A stretch of 64,000 nt of DNA from sequence record MW650886.1; one strand, given 5' to 3'. The position numbers and the translations under genes were made by a program. Below are positions 44,095 to 54,424 of this stretch, piece after piece. Under the pieces are notes generated by a model that did no database searches, had not been told where the DNA came from, and saw only the letters and a program-made list of their open reading frames with translations. Every line of letters begins with the position of its first letter. Positions within the stretch are counted from its first letter, which is position 1. This DNA is from Escherichia phage vB_EcoM-ZQ1.

Positions 44095-46296
44095 TTAGAT
44101 TTTGATTTCTTTCTCTGTCAGTTCGGCAGTGACCTTGTACTTCACGCCATCCACTTCAACTTCCATGGTGGACTCTTCCAGGTCGAGATCGGTGAACCAG
44201 CCATGGCCAGCAACGATACCATAAACCACTTTAGACAGCGTCTTGTTCAGGGCACGGACTTCGGTGATGGCCGCCTTGGCAGCAGCGTCGATCCAGTTTT
44301 CGATCAGCTGTTTCTGTAAGGCTTCAGGCACGGCAGTGATCATAGGAGACTTCACGAATGCTTCGTACTCCTTCAGCGCATTGGCGATGAACAAGTCACC
44401 AGCATTGAGTTTCTTGTTCTCGGCAATCTTCTTCTGTACCGCTGCGATAGACGGTAGAGATGAAGCGCCAGCGATCTTCACGTTCAGCTCACGGCTCATG
44501 TAGAAGTCGGTAGACTCTTTGGTCTCAGTCTTCGGTGAGAATCCGTAATCGCGGATGCCGTAGGAGGACAGGAACTCGGCCGCCTCAGCGCCGTACTGTA
44601 CTGCCAGGCCTTTGGCGTTACCCTTACCAACCAGGGCGTCTCGATAGAACTTCAGCACCTTCTGCTTGCCTTTCAGGGCTTCCAGACGGACATTATCCGC
44701 AAAGAACTGAGCAGCACTGATGTTCTTGACCATGGCGCGGTTGACCAGCGGTACGCTTTCCAGGTTCAGGACAAACACTTCCGGACCACCAAACACGTGG
44801 ACGCCCATTTCGATCAGCTTCTGTACAACTTCGATATCAGCCTTGAACGGTAGAGTCTTCACGTTAATGATACCGTCTTTGACGATGGTGTAGTTGCGCC
44901 ACTGGAAAGTATCCAGTTCTTCAGGCAGGCCAAACTTCTTCTGTGCGAATTCAGGCACAGCCACAGTACCGTGTTGAATTGTACGCACGCTGATGTTCGG
45001 GCGCTCGGAGTTATAGACCAAATCGCTGATTGGCACAACACCCAGGTCGTTGGTAGGTTCGAACGTCGGGTTCCACTCTTCGTGTTCTGCCAGCTTGAGA
45101 GCCAGGGCTTTACGCTCTTCTTTGGACTGAGCATTCGCGATCTGTTCTGCCAGCTTGTCTTCGGTGTCGTCGGTTTTCTGCACAGTACCGCGCCCGATGC
45201 TCTTATAGGAGAACATCGGATGCTTGGTAGCAACAGGCACACCAGCTTCAGCCAGGTACGTCAGCACGTCAACGACGGTCGTCGCATCTTCAGCCGGAAC
45301 CAGGTCATAGTCAATACCGTCAACGCCGCGCAGCTGGTCATCAACGATGGCCTGGGTCAGATCGTTCTTGATGTTGGAGTAGTCCTGCTTGGTGAAGCAG
45401 TTGCTGTACTGTTTGATGAAGCGAACGTCGCCCGTCTTCTTCAGCGCAGCCCAAACCAGATCTGCGTCCATAGTGTGTACGCCGTAGAACGCCAGCACAT
45501 ATGCCGCCTGGATGTCCGTCAGGCTATCCATCTGGTCGATCATGTTGGGGTTTACAACCCACAGCTTGGTGACGCTCTCAGGGATGCTCACGTGGCCGAT
45601 AGGATGGTCTTCATCCGGCTGTACCGCCAGCACAGTTGCTACGCCGTTTTCAACATAGATGGCGTGGGTGTATAGCAGAGGCACATCAACAACCACCTTC
45701 GGCACTGATGACTTCAGCACGTTTTCCAGTTCGGTCTGGTATTCGGTCTGACCTTCGGCAAACACGTGAGTTGCGCCAGAGCGCTCGGACATCTGCGCCA
45801 GCAGTTCACGGTTACAGTGCCAGCCGTATTCGATGAAAGTAATGTTATCGAACGCGGAAGGAAGTTTTTCGGCGGTATCCAGGATTTCATTGGAGTGCCA
45901 GCAGTTGTCATAACCATCGGTCATGAATGCCAGGTTGTTGACGTAGCCAGGTTTCTTCAGGTCACGCGCAGTATCCATCGCCAGTTTCAAAGGCTCAACA
46001 AAGCCAGTACATCCGGACGGTTGCAGGAAGCGATCGATCAGTTTGTTCAGCTCGCTCAGGTCAGACGCAGCACTAACCTGGCGGCCAGCGAACACAGTAC
46101 CAAAGTCTCCTTTGGAGGAGAAATACAGAACGCTCACAGTGTCTTCCGGTTTCACCAGGGAAGGCAGGTTCTCCTTCAGATGCTTACGGACTTCAGGGAG
46201 CGCACGGTACATAGAGCCGGAAATGTCTACAACGATTACATGGTTGGACGGAGCAGCAGTCGCAACCGCATTCTTAAATTCTAATGATTCAATCAT
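44095..46296 (-). CDS. von Willebrand factor A (vWA, MIDAS) domain protein
   Basis: N-terminal VIVVDISGSMY (DxSxS MIDAS) ... MTDGYDN; start re-set to MIESLEF. Confidence 0.6.
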   Translation of the reverse strand: MIESLEFKNAVATAAPSNHVIVVDISGSMYRALPEVRKHLKENLPSLVKPEDTVSVLYFSSKGDFGTVFAGRQVSAASDLSELNKLIDRFLQPSGCTGFVEPLKLAMDTARDLKKPGYVNNLAFMTDGYDNCWHSNEILDTAEKLPSAFDNITFIEYGWHCNRELLAQMSERSGATHVFAEGQTEYQTELENVLKSSVPKVVVDVPLLYTHAIYVENGVATVLAVQPDEDHPIGHVSIPESVTKLWVVNPNMIDQMDSLTDIQAAYVLAFYGVHTMDADLVWAALKKTGDVRFIKQYSNCFTKQDYSNIKNDLTQAIVDDQLRGVDGIDYDLVPAEDATTVVDVLTYLAEAGVPVATKHPMFSYKSIGRGTVQKTDDTEDKLAEQIANAQSKEERKALALKLAEHEEWNPTFEPTNDLGVVPISDLVYNSERPNISVRTIQHGTVAVPEFAQKKFGLPEELDTFQWRNYTIVKDGIINVKTLPFKADIEVVQKLIEMGVHVFGGPEVFVLNLESVPLVNRAMVKNISAAQFFADNVRLEALKGKQKVLKFYRDALVGKGNAKGLAVQYGAEAAEFLSSYGIRDYGFSPKTETKESTDFYMSRELNVKIAGASSLPSIAAVQKKIAENKKLNAGDLFIANALKEYEAFVKSPMITAVPEALQKQLIENWIDAAAKAAITEVRALNKTLSKVVYGIVAGHGWFTDLDLEESTMEVEVDGVKYKVTAELTEKEIKI

Positions 46297-46459
46297 CGTT
46301 ATTGCCTTCTTCAGGGTTGTCTTCGGCCTCACCTTCCGGCTTGGCCAGCATATATTCAAGGAAGTCGCGATTGAGTTCAATCTGACTCATCAGCGTTTCG
46401 CTCGGTTTAAAGCTGAGGTCGATGGTGTCTAGACCAGCTTTCTTGAATGGTTCTGTCAT
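46289..46459 (-). CDS. small acidic hypothetical ORF (56 aa)
   Basis: Hand translation MTEPFKKAGLDTIDLSFKPSETLMSQIELNRDFLEYMLAKPEGEAEDNPEEGNNDD; stop overlaps the vWA start; below the ORF-track cutoff. Confidence 0.25.
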   Translation of the reverse strand: MTEPFKKAGLDTIDLSFKPSETLMSQIELNRDFLEYMLAKPEGEAEDNPEEGNNDD

Positions 46460-46552
46460 GGTTAGTCGACCTTCACTTCAGTAACACCAGGTATTTCACG
46501 GACATGGGCCAGGCCTCTGTTTGTTAGTCATGGCGTATTATACTGCGAAGGG

Positions 46553-46798
46553 TTAATTGAAACGCCCAGCATTTACGCTGGACGTTATTGATATTGAAAA
46601 GGTTTTGACAAACTCAGGATTTGGAGGAAGCACCCTTCCATGTCTGCCGTCGCCATGGGCATGGCAACCGACACGGGCATCACATGGAGTGCACACCCAG
46701 AACTTCAGATTGCGGAGGTCAGGGCGATGAGGGTAGAGAACATCACCACCGACGAATTCGGCTGGGAGGCCACAGTAATCACATATAACAGGTTTCAT
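46553..46798 (-). CDS. zinc-ribbon protein
   Basis: CDYCG...CTPCDARVGCH; start MKPVICDY chosen because the longer listed ORF begins inside the upstream terminator hairpin. Confidence 0.4.
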   Translation of the reverse strand: MKPVICDYCGLPAEFVGGDVLYPHRPDLRNLKFWVCTPCDARVGCHAHGDGRHGRVLPPNPEFVKTFSISITSSVNAGRFN

Positions 46799-46804
46799 AT
46801 TCTT

Positions 46805-46836
46805 TGTCCAAAAGAAACCCCGCACATGGCGGGGTT
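46805..46836 (-). terminator. intrinsic terminator
   Basis: AACCCCGC-ACATG-GCGGGGTT followed by TTCTTTTGG. Confidence 0.5.
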
Positions 46837-46858
46837 GCTCAGGCCGAGGCCAACAGGG

Positions 46859-47230
46859 TTATTTCAGCAGCGCTTCCAGTTCTTCAACAGATTTGCTTTC
46901 CAGCTCTTGCTGTTTCTTACGCTGGATCAGCTCCAGGATAATCTGGTTGTTCGCCTTACGCTCTGCCGCTTCTCTGCTGTCGTCACGTTCTTTCAGCTTA
47001 ACGCCGATGATGTGCTTGACAACGTCGAAGCGCAGCTGCAGTTCGGAGTCAACGTTGCTTTTGGTGCCAATGAAATCTTCTTCATCGGTTTCTGCTGCTT
47101 TCACCTGACGGCTCAGACCTTTCGCCATTTCGTTCAGGGCAGTCAGGCTCAGGTCCCAGACCTGCTCAACAGACAGCAGACCTTTGTTAGACTCGAAGCG
47201 CAGTTTCATACGGGTTGCTTTATCAAACAT
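46859..47230 (-). CDS. hypothetical protein
   Basis: 123 aa charged helical protein; GAGGA SD. Confidence 0.5.
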   Translation of the reverse strand: MFDKATRMKLRFESNKGLLSVEQVWDLSLTALNEMAKGLSRQVKAAETDEEDFIGTKSNVDSELQLRFDVVKHIIGVKLKERDDSREAAERKANNQIILELIQRKKQQELESKSVEELEALLK

Positions 47231-47274
47231 TTTACTATCCTCAATGATGAATGGGTTACAATTTCAAATCAGGT

Positions 47275-49293
47275 TTAGAACACAACTTTCACAGTGCGGT
47301 TGAACGAACCGCTCACCTTCACGAACACGTGGTTGCGTTGGGTGGTAGAGAAGCCCAGACCGGACAGCTGCTCAGTGCTTGGCTGTACTTTAATCTTACC
47401 ACCTAACATTTCAAAAACCTTGCGGTGTTTATCAAGTTCCGGCTTCAGATATTCGTTATAGAAACCACGGGTGCCGACAGGGTTAGCACAACCTTCCAGG
47501 ATGAAGAACACGTGCTTGTTGCCAGTCTGCTCGCCGTCCCAATGGTTTGGTGAGTTCAGAACCAGCTGTACCTTCTGGAAGACGGAGGTCTTGATACCCC
47601 AGATTTCCTGAGAGCGAGCGTCGTCTTTCAGGGTAGAACTGATGTCAACCACCTGACCAGCGCGAACCTGAACCACAACAGCCAACGTGCGATCTTTGTT
47701 ACCCAGGCCAGGGTGTGAGAAGCGCTTAGTCTGACCTTTGTATTCAACTTCGATTTCGAAACCAACGTCACAGGTTTCACGCTTGTTGAAGTTGGTGACA
47801 TAGAACTCATAATTCCCGTCGCGCAGCTTGCTTTCATCGCTAAAGAAGATGTTCTCCACCGGACGGCGGTTTGGATCAATGCCGTCCATACCGTTCATGT
47901 CGATGTCCAGAGTTGCGCCAGTTGACGAACGACGGTTGCGAAAATATACGTGGTTGTGAAGAGGATCGTTCATGCTCAGATCCAGGTCGTCGTTGTTATG
48001 CCAAGCCAGTGACACGCGGAGGAAGCTGTCGACATTGCCGCCTGCGGTCTTCACGCGCTCTTTGATGGAGTCGGCCACTTCGCCATTGTACGACCAGCTG
48101 AAGCCGTTGTTCCACTTGAACAGGTTAGGAGCGCCTGCGGTAGCCGGAGCGATCAGGGACATCAGGTTGCCAATGTGAGAGTTTTCAACCAGTACTTCCA
48201 GGGAATGCGCCTTTGGCAACACGTTGGTCAGGAAGTCGTCGATCGTGATCTCTTCAACCTTGTCCAGGGACTTGGTCGGAGTCTTCACTTCAGACGCCAG
48301 CTGAGCAAACGGGTCCATCTTCTTCTGAGCTGCCAAATCGGCGAACAGAACGTTGTTGATGGTCAGATCGTCATACACGGCATAACGGCGACCCAGTGAA
48401 TCAGTCAGACCCAGCGCTTCGACTTCTTTCTGCGCGTTTTCAATCATCGACTTCGTGACCAGCGCGGTTGGGCGCTTGTAGTTCGTCGGAGCGACTTTGG
48501 CTTCAAAGGACTTCACGGCGGTTTCCAGATCCCGGCCTTCATTGAGGTCTACCAGCAGAGAGCCAATCACGGTATTACGAATGCCGTGAGGGATATGACC
48601 GTTTGCACGGTAGCCAGTGCGCCAAGCCCACAGAGCGCGTTTCTCTTCTGCAGTTTGTTCGTACAGGGTCTTGTTCACCACGAACGCCTGCACTGCCGCT
48701 TTGTGCTCTTCACCGCGATACAGAGAATTCTGGTCAATCAATTCCAGAACGATTTCAGCCGATTCCAGAGACAGTTCACGCAGGCCGCGCTCAAACACTT
48801 CAATCGCCTGGCGGATTTCACCCTTCTTAGAAGCGATGGTATCTGCCCGCAGAACATAGCTACCCAGCAGGTCGGTGTGGAAGTGGTTGTAGGTGCGGAC
48901 AATACCGTCTTTCATTTCGTGATTCGACCCAACACCAACTTTCTTGGTGTCGTTGAAGTACACATCGACGATTGCGTGCTGCTTAACATATGCTGACAGC
49001 GCCGCAGCGACAACGTCGTATTCGTTACCCAACTGAATGTTATCCCAGATAGAGATCACGTTCAGGTCGGAGTCGATGGTGACCACACCGCCGATATTAC
49101 GGATGAATTGTTTACAGCAGGTACAGTCGTGCTCGGTACGCTCACGATAAAGCGGGTTAGTGCCAGCAGGGAAAGAAGACAGATACAGATCCCACAGAGC
49201 ATCTTTATCGATGTTGGTCATGAACAGACCAGTTGCTGACATGGCCAGCACGTTATTGTTGACAGCTACTGCGAAGGGCTTAAAATCTGACAT
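47275..49293 (-). CDS. large hypothetical protein (672 aa)
   Basis: Long ORF with GGAAG SD; no family-B polymerase motifs (DxxSLYPS, YGDTDS) seen on inspection. Confidence 0.6.
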   Translation of the reverse strand: MSDFKPFAVAVNNNVLAMSATGLFMTNIDKDALWDLYLSSFPAGTNPLYRERTEHDCTCCKQFIRNIGGVVTIDSDLNVISIWDNIQLGNEYDVVAAALSAYVKQHAIVDVYFNDTKKVGVGSNHEMKDGIVRTYNHFHTDLLGSYVLRADTIASKKGEIRQAIEVFERGLRELSLESAEIVLELIDQNSLYRGEEHKAAVQAFVVNKTLYEQTAEEKRALWAWRTGYRANGHIPHGIRNTVIGSLLVDLNEGRDLETAVKSFEAKVAPTNYKRPTALVTKSMIENAQKEVEALGLTDSLGRRYAVYDDLTINNVLFADLAAQKKMDPFAQLASEVKTPTKSLDKVEEITIDDFLTNVLPKAHSLEVLVENSHIGNLMSLIAPATAGAPNLFKWNNGFSWSYNGEVADSIKERVKTAGGNVDSFLRVSLAWHNNDDLDLSMNDPLHNHVYFRNRRSSTGATLDIDMNGMDGIDPNRRPVENIFFSDESKLRDGNYEFYVTNFNKRETCDVGFEIEVEYKGQTKRFSHPGLGNKDRTLAVVVQVRAGQVVDISSTLKDDARSQEIWGIKTSVFQKVQLVLNSPNHWDGEQTGNKHVFFILEGCANPVGTRGFYNEYLKPELDKHRKVFEMLGGKIKVQPSTEQLSGLGFSTTQRNHVFVKVSGSFNRTVKVVF

Positions 49294-49407
49294 GATGTAA
49301 TCTTCCTGTTTCAGTTCAAATGTGCGCCCCGTTTGCCAGGGCGCTTCGTTTAAGTGAGGTCAATATACGCTGGATTGAGTTATTGAAGAACGAAGTAAAG
49401 GGAATCT

Positions 49408-50628
49408 TTATTCAGGTTTCTTCAAACGGTCCAGCAAATTGACGGAACCACGTTTGAGCACGACTTCATCACAGCGCTTTTTGTATTCCCCACCGCCGTC
49501 ATATCCAACCTTCCCGCGCGGTTTTTTACCTTGCTGTATGGCCTCTACACAACGAGTATATTTCGACAATTCACAAAAGTGGTTTTCTAATTGTTGAACA
49601 TTCATACACTGATCCCAAGGCTCTTCCGCAGACCAAAATTCTTCCCTGTTATACCCAAGAGGGCCATAAACCGCGTCCTGATTGTCCCGCAACCAGAAGA
49701 TGCATTCTTCATGCGTCATGCCATCTTTGTCCTGGAACATCAGGTCGATCCCTGCGCGACAGCCTGGTCCAGCAACCGTGAAGTGGTTCTCACTGAAAGG
49801 ATATTCAGGAATGTAAGTGAAGTCAACCCATATCTGATAGGCCAGGAATGGGCCAAGCCCTTCGATGTCGTCATACATGCGCTGGTATACTTCCAAAGGA
49901 GTACCAAGGCGCAGCAGGTCATGGAAATAATTTGGATACTTGTTGACGAATGCCTTCAGGGAGCGGATGACACGCATTGGCATGTACGGTTCCCAACCTT
50001 CGATGGTGTAGAAGTCCGGCTCTGCTTCGGCTATCGCCTTGGCTTCTTTATAATCCATGTTCTGGGTTGAACCGTCTTTACAGATCAGATTCACCATCAT
50101 CCCACCGAAGCGCTGCTCCTTGTGGTTGACAACCATCTCAGGGAAAGCCAGGCATTGCTTCAGGCCGCCCGTGTTGAAGGCATTGGTGAATACCTTACCA
50201 CCGTCGGCCTCGAACTTCTGAAGTCGTTCGCGGGTTGCATCGAGGTTGATCTCGGCGAATTCTTTGATCGTCATCGCGCCGCCGATAGCCTGGATTGGAT
50301 CCCAGAGGTTGAACATGCGGAACAACACGCAGTTGAACATCTTGTCGGCCATACCCAGAGCATCATTCTTGGCGATGTTGTTGATCAGGTTGAGAGACTG
50401 CCTGTCGTGCTCTCTCCGGACGTTACAGAATTTAACCTGGCGTAGTATGGGATTATCAGTCCAAGGAGCAGGAAGGCGCTGGACGTCCTTCTTGACGTGG
50501 ATCTGATAACGATCGCGCATCCATTCGTAAGACAGGCGGGTATGGGTCGGGCTGAGAACCGGTTTGGCCGACTTTATCTTTTCTTCACGGACACCGCAGT
50601 ACGGGACGTCCAGGGCTTTATCTTTCAT
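49408..50628 (-). CDS. hypothetical protein (406 aa)
   Basis: AAGAGGA SD; terminator hairpin just upstream. Confidence 0.55.
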   Translation of the reverse strand: MKDKALDVPYCGVREEKIKSAKPVLSPTHTRLSYEWMRDRYQIHVKKDVQRLPAPWTDNPILRQVKFCNVRREHDRQSLNLINNIAKNDALGMADKMFNCVLFRMFNLWDPIQAIGGAMTIKEFAEINLDATRERLQKFEADGGKVFTNAFNTGGLKQCLAFPEMVVNHKEQRFGGMMVNLICKDGSTQNMDYKEAKAIAEAEPDFYTIEGWEPYMPMRVIRSLKAFVNKYPNYFHDLLRLGTPLEVYQRMYDDIEGLGPFLAYQIWVDFTYIPEYPFSENHFTVAGPGCRAGIDLMFQDKDGMTHEECIFWLRDNQDAVYGPLGYNREEFWSAEEPWDQCMNVQQLENHFCELSKYTRCVEAIQQGKKPRGKVGYDGGGEYKKRCDEVVLKRGSVNLLDRLKKPE

Positions 50629-50640
50629 GGTATCCTCTTA

Positions 50641-50673
50641 GAATACGAAAACAGAGGCCATTATAGCCTCTGT
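50641..50673 (-). terminator. intrinsic terminator (loop contains TATAAT)
   Basis: ACAGAGGC-CATTATA-GCCTCTGT followed by TTTTCGTATTC. Confidence 0.5.
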
Positions 50674-50696
50674 TGTTTAGTGAATAACCGTATATC

Positions 50697-51569
50697 TTAA
50701 TCGATACGGGTCAGTTGGGTGATAGATGATTGCACTGGGCTGGCCACATAGATACGGACGTTGGCTTTCCATTCACCCCAGATCAACGGTAGAGTTGGGA
50801 AGTTGTCTTCATTGAAAACAAACACGGGAATGTAGCTCTCGACTGTTTCGCCAGAGAACGCCTGGAAGCCCATCTTGGTGTATCCCATGATCTCGTCAAT
50901 AAAATCGAACGGCGCGTAGGCAACACCAGCATGTTCGTTGCATCCGAGTCGACCTGGGGTAGCCGTGCCTGTCAGAATGATTTCGGTGATCTGGCGCTTA
51001 GGCTCGGTGGTCAACATATCAGAGAAGTCAGGCTCTTTGAAGGTTGCCATGTTCTTCAGGAACTTGCCAGCCGGGTATTCTTTACCGTCGACGGTGATGG
51101 TGTCTACTACTTTGATGCACGCCTGAGGGAATTCCCCTTCGATGCGCAGACTTTCGCGTGGGAAGCCTTTGTTGTAGTAGTAATCCAGTGCTGGCACAAC
51201 TTCACCTTCATTACGGATGAACTTGCTCATGTTAGAGGCATACACGCGCTGTAGGCATTCGTCACCGTCGAAACCAGCAATATGAGCCACGCCGTCGTTG
51301 ACTGTTGTGATGTCACCCTGGGCATCCATGATCTGGCGCATAATGTCTTTGATGTCGACAACAACGGGTTCTTTCAGGACTCGCGGAGATGCAGTGAACT
51401 CAATTTTCACCTCGTGGTCGAAATACGCCGCTTCCAGCAGTTCACGGGTTTCTTCCAGCACCAGTTTCGCCTGATTGCGGATCTTACCAAAGTCGGGCGA
51501 TGTGACGTCGCCCTTTGCATTACCGAAAGCCAGATTCAGATTCACGTTCTTGGAAAATGTAGTTGTCAT
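50697..51569 (-). CDS. hypothetical protein (290 aa)
   Basis: GGAG SD; directly downstream of regA, where T4 carries gene 43. Confidence 0.5.
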   Translation of the reverse strand: MTTTFSKNVNLNLAFGNAKGDVTSPDFGKIRNQAKLVLEETRELLEAAYFDHEVKIEFTASPRVLKEPVVVDIKDIMRQIMDAQGDITTVNDGVAHIAGFDGDECLQRVYASNMSKFIRNEGEVVPALDYYYNKGFPRESLRIEGEFPQACIKVVDTITVDGKEYPAGKFLKNMATFKEPDFSDMLTTEPKRQITEIILTGTATPGRLGCNEHAGVAYAPFDFIDEIMGYTKMGFQAFSGETVESYIPVFVFNEDNFPTLPLIWGEWKANVRIYVASPVQSSITQLTRID

Positions 51570-51585
51570 GATTTAGCGACTCCAG

Positions 51586-52050
51586 TTATTCGCTTTTTGC
51601 CTTCGTAGGCCGGATGATGTATTTTGGAACCAGTTTCCATTCAGGAACCTGATCGTGTTTAACCACTTTAATGCGAGACATATCGGCTGCTTCAGTGACC
51701 TGCTCAGGATGAATGACCTTCACCATGTTCCACTGCTCCAGCAGCTTGATGATGCGGTTCATCCTCAGGACATCTTCGCGGTTAAATCCGTTGTAATGCC
51801 CGTCCAGCATAAATAGATGCTTAAAGTGGACGATATAATACTTACCACACTTATGAAGAATATGGCAAGTCTGATACAGAGTATTCGGCTCTTGGCGCGT
51901 GTTTACCCCAATTCGACTCAGTGTTTCCTTGATCCCCAGGAATATACCTGGCCGATCTTGGTTCAATTGAACTTCAACCATACAATCAACGATGCTGGCC
52001 TCATCGTTGACTGCTGAAATATTCAATATGTCTAGCGTATTACGCGCCAT
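51586..52050 (-). CDS. regA: translational repressor RegA
   Basis: LYQTCHILHKCGKYYIVHFKHLFMLDG and EWKLVPKYII match T4 RegA (LYQSCHILQKKGLYYIVHFKEM, EWKLVPKYTI); the start may be the internal MVEVQL. Confidence 0.7.
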   Translation of the reverse strand: MARNTLDILNISAVNDEASIVDCMVEVQLNQDRPGIFLGIKETLSRIGVNTRQEPNTLYQTCHILHKCGKYYIVHFKHLFMLDGHYNGFNREDVLRMNRIIKLLEQWNMVKVIHPEQVTEAADMSRIKVVKHDQVPEWKLVPKYIIRPTKAKSE

Positions 52051-52079
52051 GACTCATTCCCCTTTTACAATAGTTTGAA

Positions 52080-52502
52080 CTATTTAGCCTTGCGCGGTTT
52101 CGCTTTGGCGTTCAGCTCAGTGCGTCTCATCTTCTCGCGTATCTCGGCCAGGACTTCCTTCGGCAAGAAACGGACGTACTCCGATGCCTTCTCCATGCTG
52201 ATGTAGAAGTACTCTGAGAGTAACTTCACGTCAGGATCAATCGGACCTTTCTTAGACCATTTGTCGTAGCGTTTCCGAGCCGGAATGGTGTAAAAGGCAT
52301 ATGACCATTGCATCCATGGAGTGATAGCATGTAGCTTATTCATCTGTTGCGCAGCCACTAGAGTGTCTTTGCTCTGAGCTAAACCACGCCGCGTCATAAA
52401 CGGGTCGAATCCTTTCAACACTTCTGGGTCATCAGACCGCAAAAGGTTTTCTTTGCTGCTGTTCAGAGCAGCCAGGTAATCGAACAATCCAAGGGCGGCC
52501 AT
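52080..52502 (-). CDS. 62: clamp loader small subunit (T4 gp62-like)
   Basis: PARKRYDKWSKK resembles T4 gp62 PRGKRYGKWAK; sits between gp44 and regA as in T4; start re-set to MAALGLF with GGAAGTGA SD. Confidence 0.6.
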   Translation of the reverse strand: MAALGLFDYLAALNSSKENLLRSDDPEVLKGFDPFMTRRGLAQSKDTLVAAQQMNKLHAITPWMQWSYAFYTIPARKRYDKWSKKGPIDPDVKLLSEYFYISMEKASEYVRFLPKEVLAEIREKMRRTELNAKAKPRKAK

Positions 52503-52506
52503 AATA

Positions 52507-53493
52507 TCACTTCCACTTGATGTTGAGCATGACATTGGTCAGGAAAAACACAGCATGCAGCCAGACATCGCCGACTTGACGGTGTTCAATCTGAGACTGA
52601 CCACATACGCATACCAGATCCGGGATAGACTCATTCTGAACCAACATTTGCTTCTCTTTATCCTGTGGTACACAGAACTGGAAGAAGCGGGAATAGAAGT
52701 CTTCAGTGATATAGTTCTGGTTGTCGGTCACCCACTGCTTCATCCCAGCCCAGTCATTATCCTTCAACATATTCACCAACATACCCATATCGGCCGATTT
52801 TAACACAGCCAGTGCACGTTCGTCGATCTTGCCGTAAGTGGTGACGTTATCCTGTAGAACACCCATGATGCGGCGGTTATCAGGGAAATGGCGCTTGACA
52901 ATAGCAGCCAACACAGGAGGGTCATACTCAACACCTTCGCAGCGAAGGATTTCAGCACAGCGGCGCATGAACTGAAGTTTTACCTCATCAGCCTCAGCCT
53001 CATTCCAGATAAAGTCGATTTCACGGCAACGAGAGCGCAGAGGTTCGTTCACACGTTGCTTGGCGTTGGTGGTCAGGATGAATGAACAGTTCTTGGAGAC
53101 CTTCTCCACAATACCCTTCAGCGACTCCTGTGCCGCCATAGACAGACGCTCTACTTCGTCGAGGATAACGACTTTGCGACCACCGAATACGCTCACACCA
53201 GTAGAGTACTGAATCACGCGGTCACGGATAACGTCGATGCTGTTGTCCAGGGATGCGTTGATCATCAGTGGTTGCTTACAACCGATTTCATTACACACGG
53301 CCAGGGCGGAGGTAGTCTTGCCAGTACCAGGCTGAGGGGAGTAGAACAGCATAGACGGGATGTTGCCGTTGCCGCTGGTGATGTAGCCATGGATTTTAGC
53401 GCGGACGTCTTGAGGGATGATAATCTCGTCCAGGTTGTCAGGGCGGTACTTGTTTTCCCATGCGTACTGGTCGGAAACGATAGTAATATTAGA
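52507..53493 (-). CDS. 44: clamp loader ATPase subunit (T4 gp44-like, AAA+)
   Basis: ENKYRPDNLDEII, PGTGKTT, ILDEVERL and SRC motifs match T4 gp44; start re-set to MSNITIV. Confidence 0.85.
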   Translation of the reverse strand, partial: SNITIVSDQYAWENKYRPDNLDEIIIPQDVRAKIHGYITSGNGNIPSMLFYSPQPGTGKTTSALAVCNEIGCKQPLMINASLDNSIDVIRDRVIQYSTGVSVFGGRKVVILDEVERLSMAAQESLKGIVEKVSKNCSFILTTNAKQRVNEPLRSRCREIDFIWNEAEADEVKLQFMRRCAEILRCEGVEYDPPVLAAIVKRHFPDNRRIMGVLQDNVTTYGKIDERALAVLKSADMGMLVNMLKDNDWAGMKQWVTDNQNYITEDFYSRFFQFCVPQDKEKQMLVQNESIPDLVCVCGQSQIEHRQVGDVWLHAVFFLTNVMLNIKWK

Positions 53494-53576
53494 CATTTCA
53501 GCCTCGTGTAGAAGAATCATTTCAAATAGGCGGGGAACGCCCCGCCCACACATTATAGCATCAGGCTGGAGATTGA

Positions 53577-54245
53577 TTACTCAATCTGTGCGCCGACGAA
53601 GTAATTGATCGTCGCGTCGGATGATTGGAAGTTCACCATCTGTAGATCAGCACAGGCACGCAAAGTGTAGTTGCCTTCGATCATTTTCAGGTTGGCAACA
53701 TCCAGCGGCATTACGAAGTCCGGCAGCGCGGTTTCGCCCAGCTCAACAGTGTAGTTGTTGGAGTTGTCCAGGGTAGTAGTGGTTGCAACCAGGCGAGTTT
53801 TGCCACCCTGAGCAACCAGGCGCACAGTCTTATGTCCGAGGGTAGAACAGGCGCGGGTCAGTTCTTTCATCTTCTCTGGAGTGATGATCGCTTCAAAGTC
53901 GACAGACGGCAGTTCAATAGTATCAGCCGGGACAACCGTGAGTTCTTTAGCAGAACGCCAGAATTGCAGCTGAGAACTTTCGCCCTTCAACAGGATGTAG
54001 TCCTGATGGAATTCGGCTTTGGCACCTTTAAAGGAAGGTAGGCGCTGGATAGCCAGAAGTTTGGTCAGGTCCAGAATCGGGAACTCAAACGGGAAGTCTT
54101 CTTCGATCTGCGCCACGGCGATCACAGTAGAAGAATCATTAATACTGCGCAGCATCTTGCCCGGTGTCAGAACGATAGATGGGTTGATGGTCTCAAAGTT
54201 GGCCAGCAACTGAAGTGTACGTTCGGAGAGAGTGATCTCTTGCAT
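53577..54245 (-). CDS. 45: sliding clamp (T4 gp45-like)
   Basis: 222 aa, the size of gp45; two-domain beta-rich protein directly upstream of gp44/gp62/regA in T4 order. Confidence 0.8.
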   Translation of the reverse strand: MQEITLSERTLQLLANFETINPSIVLTPGKMLRSINDSSTVIAVAQIEEDFPFEFPILDLTKLLAIQRLPSFKGAKAEFHQDYILLKGESSQLQFWRSAKELTVVPADTIELPSVDFEAIITPEKMKELTRACSTLGHKTVRLVAQGGKTRLVATTTTLDNSNNYTVELGETALPDFVMPLDVANLKMIEGNYTLRACADLQMVNFQSSDATINYFVGAQIE

Positions 54246-54377
54246 TTGTATGTATCCTCAAAATATAGTGGGGGTTCAAGTCATGTTTGACGCAATCTAG
54301 TATCGCTGTGTTTTGCTTATAGAACAAGTGGCAAATTGCGCTACGCGTTATTAATAAATGCCTTCGGCATTTATGGA

Positions 54378-54424
54378 CTTTATTAAAGATAATAACCTTT
54401 ATTAAAGATAATAATCTTTATTAA
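54378..54424. repeat. tandem repeat, about 2.5 copies of a 19-bp AT-rich unit
   Basis: CTTTATTAAAGATAATAA(C/T) repeated in the divergent gp45 upstream region. Confidence 0.6.

Noticed and set aside
50697-51569. Idea that the 290-aa protein is a MazG-like NTP pyrophosphatase (LVLEETRELLEA, DAQGDITTV)
   Set aside because: The resemblance is limited to short acidic helices; not enough to call without a profile search, so it is left as hypothetical.
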